This document shows, one piece after another, positions 17,271 through 27,111 of a DNA stretch of 64,000 bases (positions are counted from its first letter, which is position 1; the number at the start of each line of letters is the position of its first letter). The DNA comes from Patescibacteria group bacterium (GTDB lineage Bacteria > Patescibacteriota > Minisyncoccia > UBA6257 > Colwellbacteraceae), in NCBI GenBank assembly GCA_023380305.1, contig JAMCQZ010000008.1:122659-186658 (forward strand). The letters run 5' to 3'. The translations under genes and the position numbers were made by a program. The notes beneath the pieces are model-generated. The model had not been told where the DNA came from. It did no database searches and saw only the letters and a program-made list of their open reading frames with translations.

Positions 17271-17336
17271 AAGCCATCAGCTTGGACATTCCGATGGGTC
17301 CGGCAAATGCCGGACTATCATAAGGGAGGAACTAAG

Positions 17337-17915
17337 ATGTTGTGGATGGGTATCGGCCTGTTGGGGCTCGTTATCGCCGGAATCGGCATTGCCCACTGCT
17401 ATCACCGGACGATCCCGCAAAACCTCTGGTTTATCGGAGCGGTCGTCTCCATGATCGGCCTGGTCTTCATTTTCCTGCCGTCGTGGGGAATGACAGCTCT
17501 CCTCGTGCTTCCCGCCTCTATTCCGGTCTACTGCCTTGTCCGCGCCGGACGCCGGACCATGGCTCTTTACGCGGCCATTGGACTCGTCATCCTGATCCTT
17601 GCCGCCCACTTCCAACAAACCTCGTCCTACACGATCGTTCGTCTCTCGGACCGGGTTGAAATCCGCATGACCATGAAAGGCTGGGACGAGGGAGACGGCG
17701 TAAAAGGACCCGATTTTACAAAGCTCGGACAGGATTATCCGGGCTGGCGATTCAGATTCTCGCCAGCAGGCGTAGATATTCAAGTCCGATTCCCGGGCAA
17801 AGAAAGACAATTCTGGGGCCAGGAGTTCGGACTCCAAAACGGGACTCCGGTTTTCTTCGGACCCGAAGGAACGGAGATCCTCATCACACTCCTCCCTCCT
17901 AAAAGCGCACCTTGA
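17337..17915 (+). CDS. hypothetical integral membrane protein (4 predicted TM helices plus C-terminal soluble domain)
   Basis: ORF 17100..17915 trimmed to Met80 (MLWMGIGLLGLVIAGIG...), preceded by AAGGGAGGAA. The upstream extension overlaps tRNA-Leu. Confidence 0.6.
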   Translation: MLWMGIGLLGLVIAGIGIAHCYHRTIPQNLWFIGAVVSMIGLVFIFLPSWGMTALLVLPASIPVYCLVRAGRRTMALYAAIGLVILILAAHFQQTSSYTIVRLSDRVEIRMTMKGWDEGDGVKGPDFTKLGQDYPGWRFRFSPAGVDIQVRFPGKERQFWGQEFGLQNGTPVFFGPEGTEILITLLPPKSAP

Positions 17916-17920
17916 ACCAA

Positions 17921-17960
17921 AACCCCGCAAAAGCGAAAGCTGATGCGGGGTTTGTATTTC
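17921..17960. terminator. bidirectional terminator (CCCCGCA...TGCGGGG plus T-tract)
   Basis: Hairpin between the convergent genes at 17915 and 17974. Confidence 0.45.
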
Positions 17961-17973
17961 CGAGATTTTTTAT

Positions 17974-18333
17974 TTAAGCGCCTTTGACAAAGCTCGCGAT
18001 AATCGCCGGTATGGATTTGGCAAGTATGGCCAAAAGAATACCAATGAAGATATTGCGAATCTGAGTTCCAAGTCCTTTTAATTTGGCAGGATCTCCGCTT
18101 GACCTAACAAACTCAAAAGCTGTCCACAAGATTACTCCAACCGTCCAAATAGTGATCAACCAAAAAGCCCAATTGAAGATAAGGGCTGGCCAGCCGTAGA
18201 TATCGGACAAGCTCCAGGAACGCGGCGTGATAATCGGGATTTCACCAGACGGCGGCAGAGCCTGGGCAAAAGCGACAGGCGCGACCGCGGCGATTACCGC
18301 TAACCCGATTAAAAGATAATTAACCTTTCTCAT
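17974..18333 (-). CDS. small secreted/membrane protein, VirB2/TrbC pilin-like topology (signal peptide plus 2 TM), paralog 1
   Basis: Signal peptide MRKVNYLLIGLAVIAAVAPVAFA, two hydrophobic helices and a short charged loop. The C-terminal SIPAIIASF tail is shared with paralog 2. Confidence 0.45.
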   Translation of the reverse strand: MRKVNYLLIGLAVIAAVAPVAFAQALPPSGEIPIITPRSWSLSDIYGWPALIFNWAFWLITIWTVGVILWTAFEFVRSSGDPAKLKGLGTQIRNIFIGILLAILAKSIPAIIASFVKGA

Positions 18334-18406
18334 TTCGATTTCTCTTTACGACCTTTTCTTGATTTATATTGACACTATTATACAAGTTTTCTCTTCGCGG
18401 CCGCAA

Positions 18407-18811
18407 TTATCCGGCGAAAAATTCCCTGATAATTCCCGGGATGCTTTGGGCAAGCAGAATCAACACGAACCCGATTATGGCATTAAACAACCTACCCTTG
18501 GCTCTTCTTTGAACAGCCACTACATCTCTGCTGTTTATTAGATCCCAGGCCGACGTGATAATGATGTAAATCAGCACGGCCGAGGCAATCCACAAAACCC
18601 AGGTCATAATCGTCGCGATCAAAGCGCCAAGATCAGTCGGCAATCCAGTCGGCGGAGCGATTCTTAGAGACTCCCCGCCCGGCAAAGTTCCGCCTCCGAC
18701 CGAACCGTTTCCACCGGGCAACACGCCTCCGCCGGCGGTACCGCCTCCGCCGCCGCCGCTCGGCGCGGCAATAGCCTTTTTAATGAAAATCAATCTCAAC
18801 CAATCAAGCAT
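18407..18811 (-). CDS. small membrane protein, VirB2/TrbC pilin-like, paralog 2 (Gly-rich N-region)
   Basis: GGGGGGTAGGG low-complexity region followed by two TM helices. The C-terminal QSIPGIIREFF is similar to paralog 1. Confidence 0.45.
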   Translation of the reverse strand: MLDWLRLIFIKKAIAAPSGGGGGGTAGGGVLPGGNGSVGGGTLPGGESLRIAPPTGLPTDLGALIATIMTWVLWIASAVLIYIIITSAWDLINSRDVVAVQRRAKGRLFNAIIGFVLILLAQSIPGIIREFFAG

Positions 18812-18824
18812 TTTTTTGTTAATT

Positions 18825-19157
18825 TTACGGGCGGCTGAACACGCCTCTTATTAAATTATAAATCAGATAAGAGCTGTAAACCAAAGCCAGGCCGATGATG
18901 GCCGAGGTGATTTTTCTCCTACCGGCGACGTATACGTCTTTTCTGTCTCCAGCCGTCATTATTTGGAAACCACCGTAGATGATCCAGTAAAGAGCGATGA
19001 AAGGCACAATCTTTAGAAGGAGATCAACAGCATTATTTAAAAGTATGACAAACTCGTTCCAGCCGCAGCCCGTTTCCGGACAGCTGGGAATAAGCCTGTG
19101 CGCCGCTTCGACCGTTTCCTCTGCGCTCTGAGCGAAAACCCGCGGAATCAACATCAT
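18825..19157 (-). CDS. small membrane protein, VirB2/TrbC pilin-like, paralog 3
   Basis: Same size and 2-TM architecture, with a CxxTGC motif in the N-region. Third member of a tandem trio upstream of gyrA. Confidence 0.4.
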   Translation of the reverse strand: MMLIPRVFAQSAEETVEAAHRLIPSCPETGCGWNEFVILLNNAVDLLLKIVPFIALYWIIYGGFQIMTAGDRKDVYVAGRRKITSAIIGLALVYSSYLIYNLIRGVFSRP

Positions 19158-19169
19158 GGGTTAATTATA

Positions 19170-21605
19170 TCACAGGCAGATGATGCCGATGAGTTTATCT
19201 CCGGAATCGAGCTTAATGATCCTTACTCCCTGAGCCGCCCTCGCGGTTTCACGCACGCTCTTAATCTCCGTGCGCAAAATCTGACCCTTGGCCGAGAGAG
19301 CGATGAGCTCGGTCTCGTCGGAAACGACCTGCGAAGTCACCAATTTGCCGGTTTTCGAAGTGATGGTGGCTGTTTTGATGCCTTTCCCGCCGCGGCTTTG
19401 GACTTTATATTCTTTGAGCGGTGTCTGCTTGGCGAAGCCGTTGTCCATGACGCTTAAAAGGTTGGCGGATTTCTTTTCGGCCGGGACAATATCAAACGAC
19501 GCGACCTTGTCCGACGAAGAAAGATTGATGCCCCGCACGCCGGCGGCGGCCCTGCCCATGGCCCGAGCTTCGGTTTCCTTGAAGCGAATCGCTTGGCCTT
19601 CGACGGTGGTAATGACGATTTCATCCTTGCCCGAAGAAAGTTTCGCGCCGATGAGCTTGTCGCCCTTATTCAAATTGATGGCGATAATGCCGTTTCTGCG
19701 GATATTCCCGAATTCCTTGATACTGGTTTTCTTAATTACTCCTTTGGAGGTGACCATTACCAGATAACCCGAACCCGATTTCAGCTGGCTGTTCGAATAG
19801 GTGATGACGGCGTTTACCGATTCGTCCGCCGGAATCTCCAAAAAATTCTGGATCATCCTTCCTTTGGCGGTGCGGCTCGCAGCCGGAATCTCGTAAACCT
19901 TGATCTGAAAAGCCCGTCCTTTTTCCGTGAAAAAGAGGATGTTGTCGTGGGTGGCGGCGGAAATGAAGTGCGTCAAGAAATCGTCCTCGCCGACATCGGA
20001 ACCGATGACGCCTTTGCCGCCGCGATGCTGGGCTTTGATGTTTTGCGGCGGGAGCCGCTTGATGTAACCGCTTTTTGAAAGAGTGATCATCACCTCCTCC
20101 TCCGGAATCAAATCCTCATCGGAAAATTCCTTAAGCCCCGAAGCGACCACCTTGGTCTTCCTTTCGTCGCCGTATTTCTCTTTCAAGGCGACAAGTTCTT
20201 CCTTAACCACTTTCAGAATAGCCTTTGGGCTCTTCAAGAGAGCCTCAAGGTCGGCGATCAGTTTCTTCTTCTCCTTGAGTTCATTTTCGATCTTCTCCCT
20301 TTCCAAAGCGGCCAGGGTTTGGAGCTTCATTTCCAAAATAGCCTCGGCCTGAAGCTCGCTCAAATCAAAGTTTTTAACAAGGTTCTTTTTAGCGTCTTCC
20401 TTATCATCGGACTTCTTGATGGTCGCGATAATCTTGTCGATAACCGAAAGCGCCTTGGCCAAGCCTTCCAATATATGGGCTCTTTCTTTGGCGCGTTTCA
20501 AATCGAACTCGGCCCGTCGGCGAACGACATTCTCGCGATGTTTGATATGGACGGAGAGCATGTCCTTCAAAGACATGACCTCGGCCCGGATGCCGTCGAC
20601 GAGCGCCAAGGTGTTCAGATGGAAATCTTTCTGAAGATCGGTAAATTTATAAAGCTGGTTTAGGACTTTCTGGGGAACGGCATCGGACTTGAGCTCGATC
20701 ACGATCCGCAGGCCGTCTTTATCCGATTCGTCGCGGATATCCTTGATGCCCTCGACCCGCTTCTCTTGGACGAGCTCGGCCATTTTCACGATCAGCTCCG
20801 ATTTGTTGACCTGATACGGAATCTCGGTGATAACGATCCTCTTCTCCTCGACATCGGCTACGGCCCGACAAGTGATGCTGCCCTTGCCGGCGGCGTAAGC
20901 CGCGGCAATGGCTTTCTTGTCATAGATGATCCCGCCTGTCGGAAAATCCGGCCCCTTCACCAAGTCCGTCAGTTCCTCCAACGAGGCTTCAGGGCGATCG
21001 ATCAAACAGACCTCGGCGTCCACTACCTCGGATAGATTGTGCGGCGGGATGTTTGTCGCCATACCGACGGCGATACCAGAAGCGCCGTTCACCAAAAGGT
21101 TCGGGAGTTTAGCCGGCAAGACAATGGGTTCAAGGCGGGTGGCGTCGTAATTCGGCTGCCAGTCGGTGGTCTCCTTTTCGATATCGGACAAAAGCTCTTC
21201 GGAAATTTTACTTAAACGGGCCTCGGTGTAACGTTGGGCCGCCGGAGGATCGCCGTCGATCGAACCGAAATTTCCTTGTCCCTGGATAAGTGGATAGCGT
21301 AGGGAGAAGTCCTGGGCCATGCGGACCATGGCGTCGTAAACCGCCACGTCTCCGTGCGGATGGTATTTGCCGAGACACTCTCCGGTTACCCTCGCCGCCT
21401 TCATAAATTTGGCGCCAGCAGAAAGACCCATATCCCACATTGCCCAAAGAATGCGCCTCTGCACTGGCTTCAAACCGTCCCTCGCGTCGGGCAAGGCCCG
21501 GCCGACGATGACGGACATGGCGTAATCCAAATACGCCTCCTTAAGTTCGGCGGTGATTTCCCTCTCCGTTATTTTGCCTATTTGATTTTCTTTTTCCTGA
21601 TCCAT
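19170..21605 (-). CDS. gyrA: DNA gyrase subunit A
   Basis: Catalytic-Tyr region, [18 protein letters not shown], and a C-terminal beta-pinwheel with the GyrA-box-like QHRGGKG. Confidence 0.9.
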   Translation of the reverse strand: MDQEKENQIGKITEREITAELKEAYLDYAMSVIVGRALPDARDGLKPVQRRILWAMWDMGLSAGAKFMKAARVTGECLGKYHPHGDVAVYDAMVRMAQDFSLRYPLIQGQGNFGSIDGDPPAAQRYTEARLSKISEELLSDIEKETTDWQPNYDATRLEPIVLPAKLPNLLVNGASGIAVGMATNIPPHNLSEVVDAEVCLIDRPEASLEELTDLVKGPDFPTGGIIYDKKAIAAAYAAGKGSITCRAVADVEEKRIVITEIPYQVNKSELIVKMAELVQEKRVEGIKDIRDESDKDGLRIVIELKSDAVPQKVLNQLYKFTDLQKDFHLNTLALVDGIRAEVMSLKDMLSVHIKHRENVVRRRAEFDLKRAKERAHILEGLAKALSVIDKIIATIKKSDDKEDAKKNLVKNFDLSELQAEAILEMKLQTLAALEREKIENELKEKKKLIADLEALLKSPKAILKVVKEELVALKEKYGDERKTKVVASGLKEFSDEDLIPEEEVMITLSKSGYIKRLPPQNIKAQHRGGKGVIGSDVGEDDFLTHFISAATHDNILFFTEKGRAFQIKVYEIPAASRTAKGRMIQNFLEIPADESVNAVITYSNSQLKSGSGYLVMVTSKGVIKKTSIKEFGNIRRNGIIAINLNKGDKLIGAKLSSGKDEIVITTVEGQAIRFKETEARAMGRAAAGVRGINLSSSDKVASFDIVPAEKKSANLLSVMDNGFAKQTPLKEYKVQSRGGKGIKTATITSKTGKLVTSQVVSDETELIALSAKGQILRTEIKSVRETARAAQGVRIIKLDSGDKLIGIICL

Positions 21606-21628
21606 TAAGGTGCGCTACATTATATATA

Positions 21629-22210
21629 TTAACAAGACAAGATCGCCAGCCGGGTTTTTTCCTCGGCTTCAAGATCCTTCTTTTTGACAACCAGTTTCTC
21701 CTGCGGTTCGGCGTCTTGGCCCAATTCGACAGCCAGTTTCTTGGAATCGCCGGCCGGAATAACCACCTTCGGCTCGACGGATTTCACGTAACGCATGGCC
21801 ACATTGGCCGCGCCCGGAGCAAAAAGAATATCGATCTCATCGAAATCGTCAAGCTCTTCTTCGGTCAGATCAGAGGAGACGTCTCCGAGAAATCCCAACT
21901 TGATCTCGTCGAGTTCGACGCGGAAAGCGGTTCTGATTTGCTTCTCTCCGGACTCCTTGGAGATCAACACCCCTCTCACTTTAGCCGGGCCGATATTGTA
22001 CTCGCCCGGGCCAAAAATTTCCCCTTCTCTGGGAGGGAAATTCTCCGCGGCGGCTTTGGAGTCTTCGATGATGCCTTTATCCGACGTATGCAGGATCAAA
22101 TCCCCTTTCAAGCGGTTCCCGACGGCGGGAGCGGTTTCGGGATCAATAATCAAGTTAAAATTCGGCGTCTGTATCTTATAGCATCCGCCTCCGTACCAGT
22201 TGATGGTCAT
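21629..22210 (-). CDS. MBL-fold (UPF0173-like) protein lacking the canonical HxHxDH motif
   Basis: The overall pattern is ITWLGH...LIDP...LTH.D; here it reads LILHTSDKG, so the protein may be non-catalytic. Confidence 0.5.
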   Translation of the reverse strand: MTINWYGGGCYKIQTPNFNLIIDPETAPAVGNRLKGDLILHTSDKGIIEDSKAAAENFPPREGEIFGPGEYNIGPAKVRGVLISKESGEKQIRTAFRVELDEIKLGFLGDVSSDLTEEELDDFDEIDILFAPGAANVAMRYVKSVEPKVVIPAGDSKKLAVELGQDAEPQEKLVVKKKDLEAEEKTRLAILSC

Positions 22211-22276
22211 TTTAGTCTATTTTATCAGACGCAGACTTGATTTTCAAGCCGATTTTAAGCTATCATTAAGCCCATC

Positions 22277-23386
22277 ATGGATACATTGACTCAGCTTATT
22301 AAAGCCAAACCCGAGATCGTCCCTATTTTAAAGAAGGGCGAAATCGTCACGGTGAAGCTCGTTGGAAAGGCCCCTCGGGCCGCTTATTTCGAAGTTCAAA
22401 ACATCGGAACGGGCGTCGTCCTCGGCCGCGAGCTTTTGAACGGCCGCGATATCTTAAAACCCTTGAGCATCGGCGATTCCATCAGCGCCAAGGTCTCCAA
22501 CCCGGAGAACGAAGACGGATTCATCGAGCTGTCGCTCACCGAAGCCGACAAACAGAAGTCCTGGCAAGCCGTCAAAGAACTTCAGGAAAAAGACGAACCG
22601 ATCAAGGTGAAGATAACAGCGGCGAACGCCGGCGGACTGATGACCGAAATCGAAGACCTCAAGGCCTTCTTGCCGGTTTCGCAGCTTTCGTCCGAACACT
22701 ATCCGAGGATGCAGGAACAAAGCCGCGAAAAACTGATCGAGGAACTCAATAAGTTCGTAGGCGCGGAGCTGGACGTGAAGATCATCAGCATGAACCAACG
22801 CACCAATAAGCTCATCATTTCCGAAAAAGAAGTCTTGAGCCAGAACGTCAAAGACCTTATCAACCAGTACAAAATCGGCGACGTCGTTCCCGGCATCATC
22901 TCCGGCCTTGCCAATTTCGGCGCTTTCATCAGGTTCGCCGATAACCCGGAAATCGAGGGACTGATCCACATCTCCGAGCTTGACCATCGGCTCATCGAAT
23001 CTCCGAAAGAAGTGGTTGCCGTCGGCGACATGGTGAACGCCAAAGTGATGGACATCAAAGACAACAAGATTTCTCTTTCGCTCAAGGCGCTCCAGCCGGA
23101 TCCCTGGAAAGACATCGACCAAAAATTCAAAGCCGACGACGTTATTAAGGGAACCGTTTACAAATTCAATCCTTTCGGCGCCTTCATCAAGTTAAACGAT
23201 GACATCGTCGGATTGATTCACGTTTCCGAATTCGGAAGCATCGAGGCCATGAAGGCCGAAATAAGCGTCGGCCAGACTTACGACTTCGTCATCACCTCCA
23301 TCAAACCCGACGAAAAAAGAATCGTTCTTAAATTAGCCAATAAAAAAATCCCAACCCCCGCTCAAACCGAAACAACCAATGGTTAA
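22277..23386 (+). CDS. rpsA: 30S ribosomal protein S1 (four S1 repeats)
   Basis: Repeated S1 OB-folds (GEIVTVKLVG...; GDVVPGIISGLANFGAFIRF; GDMVNAKVMDIKDNKISLSLK; GTVYKFNPFGAFIKL). Confidence 0.85.
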   Translation: MDTLTQLIKAKPEIVPILKKGEIVTVKLVGKAPRAAYFEVQNIGTGVVLGRELLNGRDILKPLSIGDSISAKVSNPENEDGFIELSLTEADKQKSWQAVKELQEKDEPIKVKITAANAGGLMTEIEDLKAFLPVSQLSSEHYPRMQEQSREKLIEELNKFVGAELDVKIISMNQRTNKLIISEKEVLSQNVKDLINQYKIGDVVPGIISGLANFGAFIRFADNPEIEGLIHISELDHRLIESPKEVVAVGDMVNAKVMDIKDNKISLSLKALQPDPWKDIDQKFKADDVIKGTVYKFNPFGAFIKLNDDIVGLIHVSEFGSIEAMKAEISVGQTYDFVITSIKPDEKRIVLKLANKKIPTPAQTETTNG

Positions 23387-25214
23387 ACAGCTTGGAAAAA
23401 GCTTAGCTATTTTAACCGCCGTTTTCCTCGTTCTTATCAGCATCCTCTCTCTCGCCGAATCCCGGAACAAGCCGGAACCGATCTCATTAAATAGCTTGGC
23501 TCAAAAAATAACGGCCGGCGAAGTGTCGACGGTAACCGTCGACTACAACACTCTCCGGGTCGTTTTAAACGACGGGCAAAAACTTGTCGCTTCCAAAGAA
23601 GTCGACGCCAATTTCGTGAGCCTGATGCGGGATTACGGCGTACCGGCCGAATCTCTGCAAGCGGTCGGCCTTGAGGTTAAGGATAACACCACCAAGGAGA
23701 TCGTTCTGAACGCTTTGGCGACCATCATCCTCCCCCTACTATTGCTCGCCGGACTGATGATGTTTCTCACGAGGCGGGCGGCCGGAGGCGCTAATCAGGC
23801 CTTCTCTTTCGGCCGAGCAAATATCCACCTTTTCACCAATTTCAAGGATCGCATCAGCTTTAAAGATGTCGCCGGAGCCAAAGAAGCCAAACAAGAACTC
23901 GAGGAGGTCGTCGATTTTTTGAAGAATCCAAAAAAGTTTTTAGATCTCGGAGCGAAAATCCCGAGGGGCGTCCTTTTAATGGGTCCGCCGGGCTCGGGAA
24001 AGACCCTCCTCGCGAGAGCGGTGGCCGGCGAAGCCGGCGTGCCGTTCTTCCATATCTCCGCCTCGGAATTCGTGGAAATGTTCGTCGGCGTCGGCGCGAG
24101 CCGCACCAGGGACGCTTTCCAGACCGCCAAGAAGGCCAGCCCTTCGATCCTTTTTATCGATGAGATCGACGCTGTCGGCCGCGAGCGCGGCGCCGGACTC
24201 GGAGGCGGCCATGACGAACGCGAACAGACTTTAAACCAGATTCTCGTCGAGATGGACGGATTCGATCGAGACACGAACGTCATCGTCCTTGCGGCCACCA
24301 ACAGGCCGGATATTCTGGATCCGGCGCTCTTGAGGCCCGGCCGGTTCGATCGCCGCATCGTGCTAGACCTGCCCGACATGTCGGAACGAGAGGATATTTT
24401 GAGACTCCACAGTAAGGGCAAGCCGATCGGTCCGGATGTCGATTTTAAAAAGGTGTCCGTGCGTACGCCAGGATTTTCTGGAGCCGACCTCGCGAACGTC
24501 ATGAACGAATCAGCTATCCTCGCCGCCCGCCACAACGCCAAAGTCATCAGCCAGCAGAATATCTACGATTCGATCGAAAAAGTTTTGCTCGGACCAGAAC
24601 GCCGAAGCAAAATTATTTCCGACAAGGAAAAAAATATCACCGCCTTCCATGAAGCCGGACATGCCCTCGTCTCCGTGGGTGTCAAAAATTCCGATCCGGT
24701 TCACAAGATCTCCATCATCAGCCGCGGCCGCGCCGGAGGTTATACTTTGAAGCTTCCGACCGAAGACCAAAGATTGAAAACCAAGGACCAATTCTTGGCG
24801 GACCTGGCGGTCCTGATGGCCGGGTTCGTCTCCGAGAAAGAAACTTTCGGCGACGTCTCCACCGGAGCTTCAAGCGATTTGAAAAACGCTTCGGAGATCG
24901 CGAGAAAATTGGTAACACGTTTCGGTATGAGCGATAAGCTCGGGCCGATCACCTTCGGAGACACCGAAGAATTGGTTTTCTTGGGACGCGAAATCTCGGC
25001 CGAAAAAAATTATTCCGAAAAAGTGGCCGCCATAATCGACGACGAGGTGCGTGGTTTTATCGCCAGAGCCGAAAGAGCGGCTCAAAAAATCATCAAAGGC
25101 AACGGAAAGGCACTCGCTAAAATAGCCGAGGCCTTGCTCAAAGAAGAAACCATAGAGCAAGACGAATTTTACCGTCTTGTGAAGCCGTTCGGTTTGAAAC
25201 CAATAACGGTTTAG
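23379..25214 (+). CDS. ftsH: ATP-dependent zinc metalloprotease FtsH
   Basis: Two N-terminal TM helices, AAA+ Walker [12 protein letters not shown], and the zinc motif HEAGHAL. Confidence 0.9.
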   Translation: MVKQLGKSLAILTAVFLVLISILSLAESRNKPEPISLNSLAQKITAGEVSTVTVDYNTLRVVLNDGQKLVASKEVDANFVSLMRDYGVPAESLQAVGLEVKDNTTKEIVLNALATIILPLLLLAGLMMFLTRRAAGGANQAFSFGRANIHLFTNFKDRISFKDVAGAKEAKQELEEVVDFLKNPKKFLDLGAKIPRGVLLMGPPGSGKTLLARAVAGEAGVPFFHISASEFVEMFVGVGASRTRDAFQTAKKASPSILFIDEIDAVGRERGAGLGGGHDEREQTLNQILVEMDGFDRDTNVIVLAATNRPDILDPALLRPGRFDRRIVLDLPDMSEREDILRLHSKGKPIGPDVDFKKVSVRTPGFSGADLANVMNESAILAARHNAKVISQQNIYDSIEKVLLGPERRSKIISDKEKNITAFHEAGHALVSVGVKNSDPVHKISIISRGRAGGYTLKLPTEDQRLKTKDQFLADLAVLMAGFVSEKETFGDVSTGASSDLKNASEIARKLVTRFGMSDKLGPITFGDTEELVFLGREISAEKNYSEKVAAIIDDEVRGFIARAERAAQKIIKGNGKALAKIAEALLKEETIEQDEFYRLVKPFGLKPITV

Positions 25215-25233
25215 ACTAAACTGAGCTAGATTC

Positions 25234-25308
25234 CGGCACGTAGCTCAGTGGTAGAGCAATGCTCTTATAAAGCATGGGTCGCAGGTCCGATCCCTGCCGT
25301 GCCGACCA
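25234..25308 (+). tRNA. tRNA-Ile (anticodon TAT) with encoded CCA
   Basis: CGGCACGTAGCTCAGTGGTAGAGCAATGCTCTTATAAAGCATGGGTCGCAGGTCCGATCCCTGCCGTGCCGACCA, with anticodon stem ATGCT/AGCAT and loop CTTATAA. UAU is a rare anticodon. Confidence 0.65.
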
Positions 25309-25310
25309 TA

Positions 25311-25340
25311 AATCCCGCTCCAACGCGGGATTTTTGTTTT
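25311..25340 (+). terminator. rho-independent terminator after tRNA-Ile
   Basis: AATCCCGC-TCCAAC-GCGGGATT followed by TTTGTTTT. Confidence 0.6.
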
Positions 25341-25357
25341 AAATAAAGGGTTCGGAT

Positions 25358-25373
25358 TGTTTCACGTGAAACA
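25358..25373. promoter_or_regulatory. isolated perfect parS site (TGTTTCACGTGAAACA)
   Basis: Exact 16-bp ParB/Spo0J parS consensus palindrome. Confidence 0.7.
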
Positions 25374-25681
25374 ATCTGTTTTCACAAAAATGTTTCACAC
25401 CCGATAAATCGGTTGGGGACGACGCCGGGACAAGCTCAAGCAGCCGGTAAATCCAAGGACCAGAAAGCATCCTCCAAAAGCGGATCCCAATCCGCCGACA
25501 CTAACAACGGAAGAGTTAAAACGACCGCTGAAACGGCATCATCGAGCCGGCTGGAACCCAAATCGTTTCGTCGCCTCTTACATCGATAGCCAAGCCAAGC
25601 GCCGAACGAAATTGTCGTTCTCGCCGCGAATGAAATAAAAATATTTTTCAAAACATCTGGTTTGTGATAGATATAAAAAGC

Positions 25682-25753
25682 GGACGGTTAGCTCAGGGGT
25701 AGAGCATCTCGTTTACACCGAGAGGGTCATAGGTTCAAATCCTATACCGTCCA
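25682..25753 (+). tRNA. tRNA-Val (anticodon TAC)
   Basis: GGACGGTTAGCTCAGGGGTAGAGCATCTCGTTTACACCGAGAGGGTCATAGGTTCAAATCCTATACCGTCCA, with anticodon loop TTTACAC. About 40 nt downstream sits a degenerate copy of its 3' end (GGGCTCGAATCCTGCGCCGTCCACCG). Confidence 0.85.
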
Positions 25754-25859
25754 CAGCTGTCAAAAAATCCCTAAAGGGCGGTCCGAAAAACCACGGGCTC
25801 GAATCCTGCGCCGTCCACCGTAAAAAATAAAGCCGCCTCTTTCGAGACGGCTTCGGGGA

Positions 25860-26381
25860 TTATCTGGAAACACGACGCGCTTTGACGACGCGGCGGCCGA
25901 GCGCGAGAGCCGCGTCAAGACCAGTATCCCCTTCTCCGCAAAAAACATCGAGCTCCAAGTGATCGGTAAGCGAAGCTTTCCTGTCGTTCACACGCACTTC
26001 GCCCACGCCATCGACGAACCAAAAACTGCCGAAGGGCGCGAGATCCAAATTGCTTGAAGCCGCGGACCCGATATAGGTTTGTTCGCCTATGGCCGTGCGG
26101 CCATTGCCATTCATTTTAAGATCGGCTTCGTATGATCCACCGGCATAATGTTTCTGACCGAACAATGGTTTATAGTAACCGGTGATTATGACTTCGACAG
26201 GCGCATTGACGCCATCGTGGGTCTCGCGATAATTCGGCGGAGCGAGAGGTTCCTCCAAAACCGCAACTGCTCCCCTGCTATGCGTTTGATGTCGGCTTTC
26301 TAAAAAGCCGGATAAAAACCAGGGCACGGAGACAACCAACACGACCGCGAAACCGAAAATTACCAACCCTTTGCGCGACAT
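25860..26381 (-). CDS. membrane-anchored 3D-domain (MltA/RlpA-like) protein, putative cell-wall-active
   Basis: N-terminal TM anchor. The C-terminal GRTAIGEQTYIGSAASSNLDLAPFGSFWFVDGVGEVRVNDR...GEGDTGLD resembles the 3D (Asp-rich) domain. Confidence 0.45.
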   Translation of the reverse strand: MSRKGLVIFGFAVVLVVSVPWFLSGFLESRHQTHSRGAVAVLEEPLAPPNYRETHDGVNAPVEVIITGYYKPLFGQKHYAGGSYEADLKMNGNGRTAIGEQTYIGSAASSNLDLAPFGSFWFVDGVGEVRVNDRKASLTDHLELDVFCGEGDTGLDAALALGRRVVKARRVSR

Positions 26382-26781
26382 CTAACGATACCTCCATTAT
26401 GTGATTTGGAATGTCCTACGGCTTACGCACAAAGATTTATAGTCTAACGATAGAAACCAGACCACAATTCTTTGGTCGCGAGTTAAAACTTTATACTCAA
26501 TTAATTTTGTGCAGTCAAATTGAGAACGCGGCCATTTTTAATAAATTTGGCCACATGGCCGGACTATGTCCACGTGGCCAAAACGTGGCCGAGTGACGAA
26601 GAATTATTGGCCAAGCTAGGTTAAAGAATGGTCTAAATAATCGATCTGTCAATCTACATCTACGTTAATCAGCACAACTTAATATTTTGCGACGCTGTCT
26701 ACACAAAGTGTGAAACATCGTTTTTTATTGATAATCGATCCGTCGCGTTAAATCTACGTTTTTCATAAAACCGAAATTTTA

Positions 26782-27051
26782 ATGTTTCACGTGAAACATT
26801 TTGTTTGCATAAAAATGTTTCACGAGGCTAGTTTACGATGTTTCACGTGAAACACTATATTCTAAAAAACCCGGAAAAACCTCAATTCGGTGTTTACAAT
26901 GTTTCACGTGAAACATTTTTTATTCCGGTGTGAAACAAAATTGTTTCACAGATAAAATTCTGGTGTTTCACGTGAAACATGCCCATAAATCCGATGGCCA
27001 CATGTCCTAATTACTTGGCCAGGCCAACAGCCGATGTTTCACGTGAAACAT
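26782..27051. promoter_or_regulatory. parS centromere-like array: five perfect TGTTTCACGTGAAACA sites plus half sites within ~270 bp
   Basis: Perfect 16-mers at ~26783, 26839, 26900, 26964 and 27035, most of them in the 18-bp form ATGTTTCACGTGAAACAT. Half sites lie at 26815 and 26700. An inverted split site GTGAAACA-AAAT-TGTTTCAC lies at 26929-26950. The surrounding 26390-27033 has no convincing CDS. Confidence 0.8.
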
Positions 27052-27111
27052 CAGTTGACCTTTAAAGCTGGCCAGCGCAACAAATTTTCCGAAAACAGGC
27101 TATACTTAATT

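Noticed and set aside
17277-17930. Minus-strand 217-aa ORF
   Set aside because: It is fully antisense to the membrane-protein gene 17337..17915, which has a Shine-Dalgarno and a TM periodicity. It has no start context.
19098-21150. Multiple plus-strand ORFs inside gyrA (19288..19767, 19593..20078, 20083..20352, 20319..20663 and others)
   Set aside because: They are antisense to an unambiguous gyrA.
22454-23130. Minus-strand ORFs within rpsA
   Set aside because: They are antisense to a four-S1-domain ribosomal protein S1 gene.
25436-25651. Minus-strand 71-aa ORF between tRNA-Ile and tRNA-Val
   Set aside because: No Shine-Dalgarno and an odd composition. The region contains a parS site and is more likely non-coding.
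26700-27060. CRISPR array as an explanation for the repeated 18-bp palindromes
   Set aside because: The repeats are perfect palindromes matching the parS consensus, their spacing is irregular (41-56 bp), the spacers are AT-rich and related to one another, and there are no cas genes.
27034-27111. Upstream extension of yraN (MFHVKHQLTFKAGQRNKFSENRLYLI)
   Set aside because: The first six codons are simply the parS palindrome ATGTTTCACGTGAAACAT. The conserved UPF0102 N-terminus begins at Met27.
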